Assembly (NCBI RefSeq): GCF_006345805.1 | Contig: NC_042997.1 | Span: 134,974,001-135,038,000 of the forward strand | Source: Octopus sinensis | Taxonomy: Eukaryota | Reading direction: 5' to 3' | DNA length: 64,000 nucleotides | Part shown: in pieces, positions 52,377-64,000 of the stretch | Numbering within the stretch: the stretch's first letter is position 1 | Layout of the letters: every line of letters starts with the position of its first letter | Program-made: the position numbers and the translations under genes | Notes under the pieces: generated by a model | The model's input: only the letters and a program-made list of their open reading frames with translations | Databases searched by the model: none | What the model was told of the DNA's origin: nothing

Positions 52377-52930
52377 CATATCAGACATATATCACAAAGT
52401 AATTCTGATGAAATTAACTTGAAACTTCGAAGTCATTGTCATCCATCTCTTTGCAAAAGAATACACGCACACACGCACATGCTTATATATACAAGATGAG
52501 TATATAGGGATAAATTATCCAGGTGTTTATAGTAATAGCTCTCAGGTATATTTCAGGTTCCACTTAAGCTCACCAAGTAGTAAGAAGCATCAAGGATCTC
52601 TTAGAGATAGCCATCTCGCAGAAATTCTTCTGATGTGTAAATCCAGGGAATCGAACCCTGGATTATGAATATTTTCGGCTGTGTAAACTCAAAACAATTA
52701 CAAAGAATAAGGAGACTAATATGTCTTCAAACTTTTCTTCGGACCACGTTTGTGGAAACAAGTGTCGGTCATTTTAACCAACTAATTATGTTGCATAATT
52801 TACTGCTAAATTAAAAGATAAGTTTGAAGATCTATGAGTGTCCGTACTCTTTGCATATATGTGTGTGTGTGTTTCTGTGTATTTGTGTATGTGTGTTTGT
52901 GTGTGTGTGTGTATGTATGTATATAGTATG

Positions 52931-52989
<59 letters not shown>

Positions 52990-54077
52990 ATATATATATA
53001 TCCTGATTGAACTCCAGAAAATATGACTGTTATTCGGTACAAATCTGACCGTCGATTTAAATTATATGTGATTGAATAGATTAATCTATAGCTAGATAGA
53101 TATCACAAAGCATATTTAATTCAAAATCTTCATATACCTATTTCAAGATGATATCTCAAACTCGGTGACAATATATCATTACAAAATCTGAGAACTATAA
53201 CGAAGTTTCATTAATTTTTATCTCATGTTTGTTTTCTTTTATTTGAAGATATATATGTGTGTGTATGTATGTGTGTCTATAATACACACATGCACACACA
53301 CACACACACGCATACATACAGACATATGTATTTCGTTTCTGTGTTTTCATTCTCGGTTTCTCTTTCTTACCATGTATTCAACCTGTTTACTTTGTAGACA
53401 TTTTATTTATAATTTTCTTGATGTATCTGTCTGTTGTCTTTTTTTTGTTTTTTCTTCTTTTGTGTTTTATTTTTCCTATTAGAGAGTTTATCAGTTTATC
53501 ATTCGGAAAAAGGGATATGTGCTGTTATAATCTATTAATTCTAATTTTGTTGTAAGTCTTCGCCTTTACACGACATAAATCTCTTTAGCAACATTACTTA
53601 GTTGACTTGTATAATAGTCGATGAAAGTACTGCAAGAATTTAATCTTCTAAGACTTCATTTTATTCAGCTACGACAGATTTGAAATCTCGCTGGAAAGCA
53701 ATGACATAAAGAAGCTCAATAATTCTTGAGAAGAAAAAGATAAGACATTTCCGTATTAGAATTTAGCTATCAATTTCCACTGTGCCTGCTGGTGTTGTTG
53801 CCATCATTGTTGAATCTCAGGTCTTTATTATCATGCAGAACTATGAGCCAACGTATTCTTTCCGAGAATATGAACCCTTTTTAGGTATATCTAATATATA
53901 TTCCTCTGTGTTTGTTAAACCATCGTTATTATTTAAAGGGTTTTCGGATGACATATCAAGTTGTTCTAAACAAAAAAAAAAAAGGTTGTGCTTATTCAGT
54001 AGAAGATGAAAATGTTCCCGCAGCTATGGAGTGATTATCCAAAGCATAGGCGTAAGACTTAACGATATTTAAGTTCT

Positions 54078-54312
54078 TAAAGGCGGTGAGCTGGCAGAAT
54101 CGTTAGCACGCCGGGAAAATGCGTAGCCGTATTTCGTCTGCCGTTACGTTCTGAGTTCAAATTCCGCCGAGGTCGACTTTGCCTTTCATCCTTTCGGGGT
54201 CCATTAAATAAGCACCAGGTACGCACTGGGGTCGATGTAATCGACTTAATCCGTTTGTCTGTCCTTGTTTGTCCCCTCTGTATTTAGCCCCTTGTGGTTA
54301 GTAAAGAAATAG
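54078..54312 (+). mobile_element. tRNA-derived SINE, family C, Nin-domain-like (others: 20364-20540 +, 42610-42826 -, head at 63901-64000 +)
   Basis: GGCGGTGAGCTGGCAGAATCGTTAGC...GAGTTCAAATTCC..GGTCGACTTTGCCTTTCATCCTTTCGGGGTC..TAAATAAG.ACCAG, shared by multiple copies. The Nin-domain label is from recall. Confidence 0.85.
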
Positions 54313-57300
54313 ATATTTAAGCTCGTAAACCATGGTATCGTGAAACGAATTGAATTTTCGGTATTAGATAGAAAACATTAGCTGCCAAACGAACGTTTCA
54401 ATTTTTAGTTCAAATTCCAACGTTGTTGCATTTTCCATTCAACGCTGTATCATAAATCAATAGAATGTAATTTTGTAGGTTCGCGCACATATGTCTTCTA
54501 CAGCAAATACTGATATTTCTGTTAAAATCTTTGAAGAATATATAGAAAATAATTTTTGAAAAGAAAGTCGAATGTCGAATTAAATTACAATATTTTATGT
54601 AATGTCTTTATGAATAAAAATTCAATGTCTACTTGGATTGATTCGTTTTTAACTCTTTCAGGAAATAACGAAATAATACAGAATACTGATATCGGTACTG
54701 TTTGGTATCACAGTCACATGTTATAAATTTGGTTCTTCTATCCAGAAAAAAAACAAGGCAAAATGACAATGTTATGAGGTTGCAGGCATGATATACTAGT
54801 AAATATATTTGTGTACTAACACATATGTGCGTAAATATATAGCACACAATATAGATTATATAAATACACGACAAATACTACCAGGTAATAACTAACTTCT
54901 CTTAATATAACCTGTCCAACTCATGTCTTTCCTCAATTATTACCTCTAATGTCTCTCACTACTCAAGACCTTCATTAACAATTTTGCTCATTCTTCTTCC
55001 GTTTGTCAACATTGACATCTCTGAAGATTCTTTCCCCGCAGACGTTGACTTCGAGATATTCAAGTTTGAAAACTACATTGATATGGCCAGTTTCAGACGT
55101 CTGGAAAAAGACGTAGTAAAGTTCCTCTTTTTGACTATACCACAAAGATGCTTACATTTGATGAGGGCATATGTGATATGAAATCATGTGAATTTTATTC
55201 TAGGATCGTATAACAGTTCAGAATACGTGAATAGTTGACATATTGCTAACAGATTTTGTTTCCAAATTAAAATTCATCAAAAGTTGTTACACAGCATTCA
55301 TCTTTTGAGAATCTGAGTGGCATTGTAAGATACGTGGTATTAGAGGAGTACTATGAAGCATACTTAAAATTTAGATGAGTGATTATATCAAAGTTTTGTT
55401 ACCATTCATTGCGTAATTATTTACCGGTTATTCAAAGTATCAAGAAATAAATGTGAAAATTACACTGCGAGCCACTCATATACAATTCATTAATAACTTC
55501 AATATAGCTGCGACGAGCTGACAGTTTTATTAGAACATTGAAGCCAATATCCTGCGGTATTTGTATTCTGGGCTCAAATTTTCTCAAGTGCTTTTCATCC
55601 ATTCATATTCGATAAAATAAAATACCTGAGAATTATTGGGGTCTATGGCAACGAACTGATAATACTATAACAATAATATTGTAATAGCATTAAGAATTGG
55701 AATTATGTTCCGTTTCTCTACATCAGACGTTTCAAAGGTTGATAACTTTAGGATTTGATCGATCCAACTCACTACTCTCATCTTTTTCAAATTTCTCGTC
55801 TTTTGCTTAGTTAAGAAGTCATCAATTTACAAGGTGTGATAAGAGCGGCGTGCTGGAGTAACAAATTATCTGTTCTAATTTTCGATTCATTATTTAAACT
55901 ACCTCACTACAATTAAGCTGATAATTCTCGCGTAAGAAAAAATACATAAATAATACCCCACTCTCTCTTTTCACGCTCATCAAACTAAACCATCTTGGTC
56001 CCTAAGAGAGAAGCTACTCCTACTCTAATTTATTGAATTTCCTTATTATATATGAGCAAGTATATTTGCAATATTGACTTTATTTTTCCAAAACACTAAG
56101 GTCTTATTTTAAGTGCTGAGGAGGCTATGTGTTATTTAAGTCTTTCTCTACGGCAACAACTTCGTACAAGAAGTTTATAACGGTGATTGAAACTCTCTTG
56201 ATTTGTCATTATCTCACCTCTATATCCACACAGTCAGTCAACATAAATAGAAACTATATTAAAATAATTATAATACTATCTAAATATACACCTCATTATA
56301 TATTTAGATAGTATATCTAATAAAGAATTAATTTGAATATTTCATGAACTTCTGTATAGTAGCCTATTATCAATTGTATGAATTATACTGACTCTATTGT
56401 AATGGCTATTGTATTACATTGAGTGTTATATTGATTAACATAATACGGAATGTACAAATTTAGCATTATATCTATATGCCATTAATAGGGTCATATTCGG
56501 CAGAATCAATAGAGATGATAATGGAAAGTAGGAGAACAGTAAGTAAGAACTATCCCATAAACTAATTATATCCAACGTAATCCACGATCAGCTTTCTTAA
56601 TTAATGTATTTTATTCTCTGTACTATGTTCCTCATTCTGCATAACTGAGAGAAATGCCAACAATTTACAATGGAAATATGGTATGAAAGGGATTGCAGTC
56701 ATATAAAGGACCAATTAACGGTTTTATATAATAGTTAGAGAAATGTTACAAGTCAAGAGTTACATACAAGTAAAAGTTCCTTTTGCTTTAACAATAAGTC
56801 TGAATGCCTCCTTGAAGATGCACTGACAATATTGACCAAGATGGTTAAAGGTCACGGCACTAATTCCAGGATCTTTTGTTTTTCATCTTTCTGCGGTCGA
56901 TAACATAAGTACTGGTGAAATACTAGAGAGAGTATTATCAAGTAAATAGCACTCTTGTAACTTCTCCGATGGAAACTATATAATGATTAACAATGATCTA
57001 TACATGTTTACTTGCAGTCATTTCAACAGCAGAAATTCTTTGATGTTTAAGGTATTAGCATAAAATAACTATCAACATGGATAAAACATTGAAATAATAG
57101 AGTGGTAAATATCGAATTGTTCCTGAATCTTAGGGATAATGTTTGTAGGAGATTGGTGCAAAGAATTAAATCGATAAATGGTAATTAATTTTTGAAAACC
57201 AAAAGATTGAATCCAAGCTTAATCACAGCCGAACATACAGTCGATGACAGCCTTTTAACTAGGACTGACTTAAGTTAGCAGTGGGGATTATGTATTTGAC

Positions 57301-60300
57301 GAAGAAAGAGATCCTATATTTTAAGAGAGTCACCAAATGGAAACGTTAACGTTTACGACTTTCCCCGATGCCATAGCTGCGTCATTGATGTGAATATCTT
57401 CAATGCGGATCGATATCAGTTGTTGAGAAATCATCTCACAATATGAGCTACATTTCATAGAGGTGGATGTCGATAATCGTGACGTTTATAAGATTTCCAG
57501 TTATATATCAGTGGTATAAGAGCTTTGTTTGAAAGTGTATTAATGCTTGAACTTGCAAGGAGATTAATTTCTACGCGTGAGTTAGTAAAAGCTGTTTCAA
57601 TTACGTAACTAAACCATTTTTGTAATTGCTAGATTTATCACTATACCTGGAAATTTTGTCGGCAATGTCAGCAAAATGTCCAGTTCTGATCGCAAGTTCT
57701 ACTCCCAGGTAGATATGATTGGATAGTGAACTATTCGAATTACATTCTCTAATAAAAAAAAATTAGATATTGTAGTTTACAATTACATTGCTAATTAGTC
57801 TACTCATGACTAACTTTGGAAGCACGCAAACATTATCATGTAGTCTTTTAAAATATGTGGATATATTTAGATCATTTATCGTTGGAAAATAAACAAGGGT
57901 AATTTTTATTGATTCGTGTTTCTGTCAATGGATCGTTTGAACAAGATATTGGGGCTTATTTAATAGGACAGATAAACAGGAAAGAGAATGTATCCAAGAT
58001 TAGAACCAAATGCTAGAAATATTGTAATTTAGTTTGGCATTCAGTAGTCTCTGTCTTGTTTACCAGTCATACTAAACTGAAACGATGATTATTTGAATAC
58101 CAGATAATGCCTAAAATAAGGGTGTACGATATCTGTAGACGATACAATGCATCCACGAATTAAATCCACGATCTTACGATCTCGAGCCCCAAACCTAAAC
58201 AATGAACTACTCGTCTTCACTAATTAGGTGTACAAGAACTCAAATTACTCACCGGATATTGAATTCATTTAACAGATTATATCACTATGCAATGCCCTTG
58301 CTTCACTTCAAAATGTAAATTTTTAATAAGTTGATATGTAAGATATAAATATTATCAAAATATGATTAAGAATTTCAACATCCATTCATCCAGAGTTGAA
58401 GCTCCAGAGAGCACTTGTGTGCAAGCAGGTATCGTTTCATGTACGACTGTTTTTTCAACAGTCTTTTTTTATTTTACCTATCATAAATGCAGGTACTGTC
58501 CATCGGAGAAACCTCAACAGATTCTGTCTACTCAGTTTCCTTTACAAGGATTGAATCGACCCAAAGCTATTGTAAAACCAAGTATCAAGTTGTCACTCAC
58601 ACCTATGTACTGGGATGGAACGAAGGAGGAGAAATTCTGAACCACTCGAGCTTACCTCTGTTCATGATACGAATACATTTCAATTATCGTAATTATAACC
58701 AGTTGCACGCAAGGTGGTTTTGTGTTACATGAACAAATCCTTTTTAGTTCATGAGAATAAAATTTCTTATTGCGCTTATATAAAACCATTCCTTAATTGT
58801 GTGCTAATAAATTACACATGTCACCTTACAGCTACTGAAGTTAGCGGTTACCACCTTCATGACTGAATGACAAACATCTGAATTACACTTACTATACAAC
58901 CTGTAACTAAGTTTGTTGCTACTGGTGATTGTAGCATGCCTCAATATAAATCAATATTCCATATTTAGCTTTTATATGAATGCACTCACTCATACATCTA
59001 ACATTATTACAGTTCATTCACTTTGGTGTTTATGCATAATCTATATGTATAAAAATACGCACCAACACACACACACATATAATATACATATTCTTGTGTC
59101 ACTGTATTTGTATCATGGTTGCTGGCAAAATCAAGTGGTTATAGAGTTATTTAACACAACCGCGCATCAAACAGCCATTTGTAAATAAAATTGAGTACAA
59201 GGCACGAAAGGTGGGCTGTGCCTGCAATTCGAAGACCAGCCTAGTCACAATTGTGTCACTTGTTTCTGCCTAAGGGTTATGTAAAGTCTACAAGTCAATG
59301 TGGAATGCTCAGCTATTTAAACAATAACTCAATGAACAGGTAGTACTGTTGATCAAACTACTAGAATATTGATCACCGAAACTTTTCATTTACTATATTT
59401 TTACCTATGTGCGAGATACTGTGTAAGGTCAATGAATGTGAGATGTCAACATATTTAAAAATCTTTCAGAAAAACACTCGTTTGAGAATAAAAGAATATT
59501 TAATTTTTCAAAGACGGAAGGATAAATAACAAAGTGAACTGCATGATGATTTGAATTCATACCGTATAGACATGCGGTATTAACCGTTTTAGTTATTTAG
59601 AAAGGATGCGTTATAAGGTATTGATAAAATCTATGATAATTGTTTTGTAACATTAGCACAAGTTTACAAATTTAAGTTTGGGATAAGACAATGAATCCTA
59701 TCTCTAGACTTGACTGGTACCTTGTTCCATCGTCTCTGAAAGGAGGCTGAGAGAATACTGATATAATATTGGACATGAACTCAGAAAGGCCACAACTAAA
59801 TCCACAGAACATTTTATCATGCTATAGTTTCTATCGTTAACTTTCAAATTTTTTGGCATGGGCACAAGGTCACAGATTTTGTGTGTGTGCTTATAGTCAA
59901 TTAGATCGATTGACTGGATCTTATTTCATTGACCCTGGAAAGATGAAACGCAAAAATTAACAATGGGCGGGATTTTACACAAACGTAATGTTCCATAACT
60001 AAATAACGCAAGGCATTTAATATGTAGCTCTACTGCTTTAAAAATTCATTGCCAGTGAATGCTTAATGGAACATTAACAATAATTAAAATCATGATGAAA
60101 ATGATAACAAGGATTATCATCTTCAACAGTCCCGACAATGTCAATATCAACATTGCGATTATTATCATCTTAATTGGTCATATTATTAGAAATGCACATT
60201 ATCGAGCAGGAATGCTAGATTTACGTTGATTGTCAAAGAATATCGATTTACTGCTAGCGCTTTTACATATTTATTATGCATGCATATTTAAAAATTAATG

Positions 60301-61959
60301 AAAGGTGAACTTGTAATTAATTTAGTGTGAAAAATCGTAATTAATCATAACTAATTACGTTTTTTTTATAGTAAGGTGACTTTATATTTTCCTGTCACTA
60401 AACTTTTCCTTAGTAAGTGAAACCCTGTTTCGAAAACTATTGTTTCTATTCCTCTATTCCTCTATTATTTTGTTTCTGTTCCTCCGGGTTATACTTACAA
60501 ATAGTTACATCGAAGCAATTTTTTTTGTGTTCAAATATTCAGATTGGTTCAAACGGATCTTTACCTTTTATATTGTATGCTGCATGGTTTAATATTTTAT
60601 TGTCTTACAATTATCTTTCTATACATATATTTTTGAACTCTTTGCATTTAGTCGTATGTTTGTATGAAATTATTACGAAGGAAAACCAGACCACTCATTG
60701 TCATAAAAATGCAACAATATTAAGCCATTCGAATTCAGTTTGCGTAAGCACATCTAGTTCAACTAACCGGAATCTTCCGACCAGCTGGAACAGTTAACGG
60801 CAGGGCAGTATGGCAGCTCTCTTCAAGTAACTGAACTGAGGCAGTGCCTGCGTATGTGCATGTGTGTGTGTGTGTGTGTACAAACTTGGATAATTTGTGG
60901 TCCGCAGTCGTTGTCGAATGGATGACATACGATATTCAAAGGGTGTTTGAAACCATGTGAAGACATTACTGTCTCGTTTCCTTTTTTCATAAGAAGCGGA
61001 CTATATCACTGTTGATGTGGAAATTTCTTTAATACATAAAATATTTCCGGTTTTCAAATCAGTGGCCCGGATTTCATATATCTTACAATCGAATATCCCG
61101 TACACATATGTATGTATGCATAGATGTATGTATGTACATTGGACCATCGATTTACGGGAAAATTCATACGTTATAACGCAGGTAATTTTTTTGTGTATAT
61201 ATTTCTGTTTTTTATCATAGGTTTTTCTTGCCTCTGTTTTATGTTTCTTTTACTATTCCTTTTCATTGTAACTTTCTCTTTAATGTTTTCTCTCTTCTAC
61301 TTTCTCTCCTTCTCTCTCTCTCTCTCCCTCTCTTCTCTCTCTTTCTCTCTTTGTGTCTCTGTCTCCATCTTCTTTTCAGTTATTTTTGAAATCTTTATTT
61401 ATGGTGTCATTGGTATGTTAGATATGATTCCTTTCAGTATTTGTCCTAGCACTGACTTCATATCCTACTGAGGTCAACATTGCTTTTCATTAATTTAGGA
61501 CGATAAATAAACTACGTTAAGTATAGAGATCGATAATTCTCTCCCACTCTCCTCTCCTTAATTCCCTTTCGCTTAAAATGGATTAAGATGCTTTGTGAGA
61601 AAGCCAGAGAGTATCAATCACTGTAGAACTTCCCTCCAAAGCATATAATACACTTTCCTTCAGTTGAATATGTCCGATTGGGCACTGGTAGTTTATAATA
61701 AATTGCCAGGTGTATAGTTTATAATTATTCCTCGTTGAGTGAGACATGATATAGGAATAACGGTAAGGAACCTGATAAAATGTCTTGCAGTGTGGTTCTT
61801 CCAGGTCTTTAAGGTCCGATTTGAAAACGAACTGCTATTAAGTCTGATTTTATCCTTCCTGGTTCGAGAAAATAAAATACCGGTCAACTACTTTTGGCAA
61901 ATGATCCCACAACAGTCGACTTGTATAAGGATATATTTATATATTTTTCTTTTACTTAT

Positions 61960-62164
61960 TTTCTTCCTCAATTTGTTTCAACCATTTGACTGCAGCCATG
62001 CTGGATCACCGCCTTTGGTCGAACAAATCTACACCAGAACTTATTCTTTGTAAGCCTAGTACTTATCCTATCGGTCTCTCTTGCTAAATCACTAAGTCAG
62101 GGGGACGTAATCACACCAACATCGGTTGTCAAGCGATGGTGGGGGGACAAACACAGGCACACAA

Positions 62165-62241
<77 letters not shown>

Positions 62242-62365
62242 TTTCTCCAGTTTCCGTCTACCAAATCCACTCACAAGGCTTTGGTCGGTCCGAAGCTATA
62301 GTAGAAGACACTTACTCAGTCCGGAACCATGTGGGTCGGAGGTAAGTTTCTTACCACTCCTGTGA

Positions 62366-62366
<1 letters not shown>
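61960..62366 (-). mobile_element. SINE-like repeat, family D, interrupted by (TACA)n(TA)n
   Basis: Its 3' part (GCCATGCTGG..CACCGCCTT) also occurs at about 51005-51030. The minus-strand start resembles a tRNA-like head. Confidence 0.55.
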
Positions 62367-62405
<39 letters not shown>

Positions 62406-62408
<3 letters not shown>

Positions 62409-62760
62409 GGTCCCGGGTTGATTCGGGGTTAACCACAGTGAATAAGGTACTCAATACATAGCAGAGTAAAATTAATTTATTATATAGAAGGAGCTTCTAC
62501 AGGACTAGAACTGTTTCATTCAAGAGAAATCTTCAGGAAGCTAGTTAACAAGAATTGTATTGGCATTTATACATTTAGGCAGGTTTAAAGGGGTGTTGGT
62601 GGGGGGACTTTTTGGGGGTAGGCATAGCGCAAAATATCATACTTGGGGAGTGGTCAAGGAGTCAGTGTTAAATTAGATAGAAGAAAAAAAATAAAAAAAT
62701 AAAAAAATAAAAAAATCTATATATAAAAAAAGGGGAATAGAGTTTTAGGTAAATAAGGAG
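62406..62760 (-). mobile_element. PLE-like 3' end / pseudo-LTR containing a hammerhead
   Basis: Non-simple-repeat segment abutting (TA)n at about 62405. It contains the HHR and has an inverted partial copy 1.3 kb away. The PLE assignment is inferred from this architecture. Confidence 0.55.
62492..62542 (-). ncRNA. Type I hammerhead ribozyme motif, identical inverted copy of 63822-63872
   Basis: 62478-62547 is the exact reverse complement of 63817-63886. Confidence 0.75.
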
Positions 62761-62774
62761 ATTCTCACTTATAC

Positions 62775-63119
62775 CTATGCACACATGTATACATACATAC
62801 ACACACATACAAACATATATACATATACATACACACACATATATATACATATATATACACTTACACATACATATACATATCTACACATACACATATATGT
62901 ATACATACACACACTCACATGCATACACGTATACATACATGTATATATACACACACGACCACACATACATATACGCACAGAAAAATATATATACACATAC
63001 ACACACATACTCACATACACGCATACACACACATATCCACACACACAACCACACACAGCACACTAGTCCCTATATACACATATATACACATACACACACA
63101 TATACACACACATACATAT

Positions 63120-63163
<44 letters not shown>

Positions 63164-63527
63164 GTGTACCTATGCATACCTACACATACACACATATATA
63201 TACACATACAAATACAGACCCATTCCCTAATTTTAATTTTATTATCTTCATTTATTACTTTTGTTATCTTTGGCCGCTTGGTCACAAACATCTTGGCTAT
63301 GACCTGGAAAACAAGCACTCATTCACTCACGCACACTCTTTAGCACGTACACTCACTCATTCGTACACTCATACACATACACGCACGCACGCGTTATATT
63401 CATACATACATACATCTACATACATTCACGTATATACACATACGTACGCGTACCTACAGATTCATGTCTACACTCTTAGAAGGCTAGTCTATATATATAC
63501 ACAATAATATAAATATAAATACACACA

Positions 63528-63586
<59 letters not shown>

Positions 63587-63596
63587 ATATATTCAC

Positions 63597-63627
<31 letters not shown>

Positions 63628-63781
63628 TACGCATACACACACATATACATATATATACACACATACACATACATACATATACACACATACACATACATAC
63701 GTATACATACATACATACATCCATACATCCATACATACATACATTTATACACATACACACACCCACATACATACATATATA

Positions 63782-63813
<32 letters not shown>

Positions 63814-63815
63814 AT
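62775..63815. repeat. Long degenerate (CA)/(TA)/(TACA) simple-repeat region
   Basis: Seen directly; it accounts for the spurious HT/YI/CV-rich ORFs in the track. Confidence 0.9.
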
Positions 63816-63821
63816 ATAACT

Positions 63822-63872
63822 AGCTTCCTGAAGATTTCTCTTGAATGAAACAGTTCTAGTCCTGTAGAAGCT
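63822..63872 (+). ncRNA. Type I hammerhead ribozyme motif
   Basis: Reads AGCTTC-CTGAAGA-TTTC-TCTT-GAAT-GAAA-CAG-TTCTAGTC-CTG-TA-GAAGCT. It has a 6-bp stem I, a 4-bp stem III (ACAG/CTGT) and a GUA triplet. Stem II closes with a U-U mismatch. Confidence 0.75.
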
Positions 63873-64000
63873 CCTTCTATATAATATATATATATATATA
63901 TAAAGGCGAGCTAGCAGAGTCGTTATCGCCCTGGGAAAAATATTTAGAGGCATTTACCCGAATTAACTTTCTGAGTTCAAAAGCTGCCGAGAGCGACGAC

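Noticed and set aside
52630-52670. CTGATG followed by the hairpin AATCCAGGG/CCCTGGATT
   Set aside because: The core is CTGATGT and GAAA is absent; more likely a degraded tRNA T-arm of a SINE on the minus strand.

Overview
AT-rich, microsatellite-dense eukaryotic genomic DNA. The repeat families suggest a cephalopod, probably Octopus; this is an inference and no search was run. The only host coding sequence I recognise is the first coding exon of an SLC6 (Na+/Cl- neurotransmitter/amino-acid symporter) gene on the minus strand (39723-40023). I found no further SLC6 exon to its left, so 1-39722 appears to be intron. The rest is transposon debris: Tc1, mariner, DD41D, maT, Tigger and Chapaev-like DNA transposons, MITEs, four tRNA-derived SINE families, R4/Dong-like retroelement fragments mostly in (TAA)n tracts, and Penelope-like (PLE) fragments. 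The main finding is a set of hammerhead-ribozyme (HHR) elements, mostly inserted in (TA)n tracts. The largest is a 3-kb array of an apparently identical 535-bp unit (1.8 copies one way, then 3.8 copies inverted) with six complete type I hammerhead motifs and no substantial ORF, resembling a retrozyme or ribozyme satellite. A 318-bp palindrome and a 70-bp inverted pair carry different hammerheads, and several degenerate minimal hammerheads are scattered through the window. All RNA structures were folded by eye and none was tested for activity.
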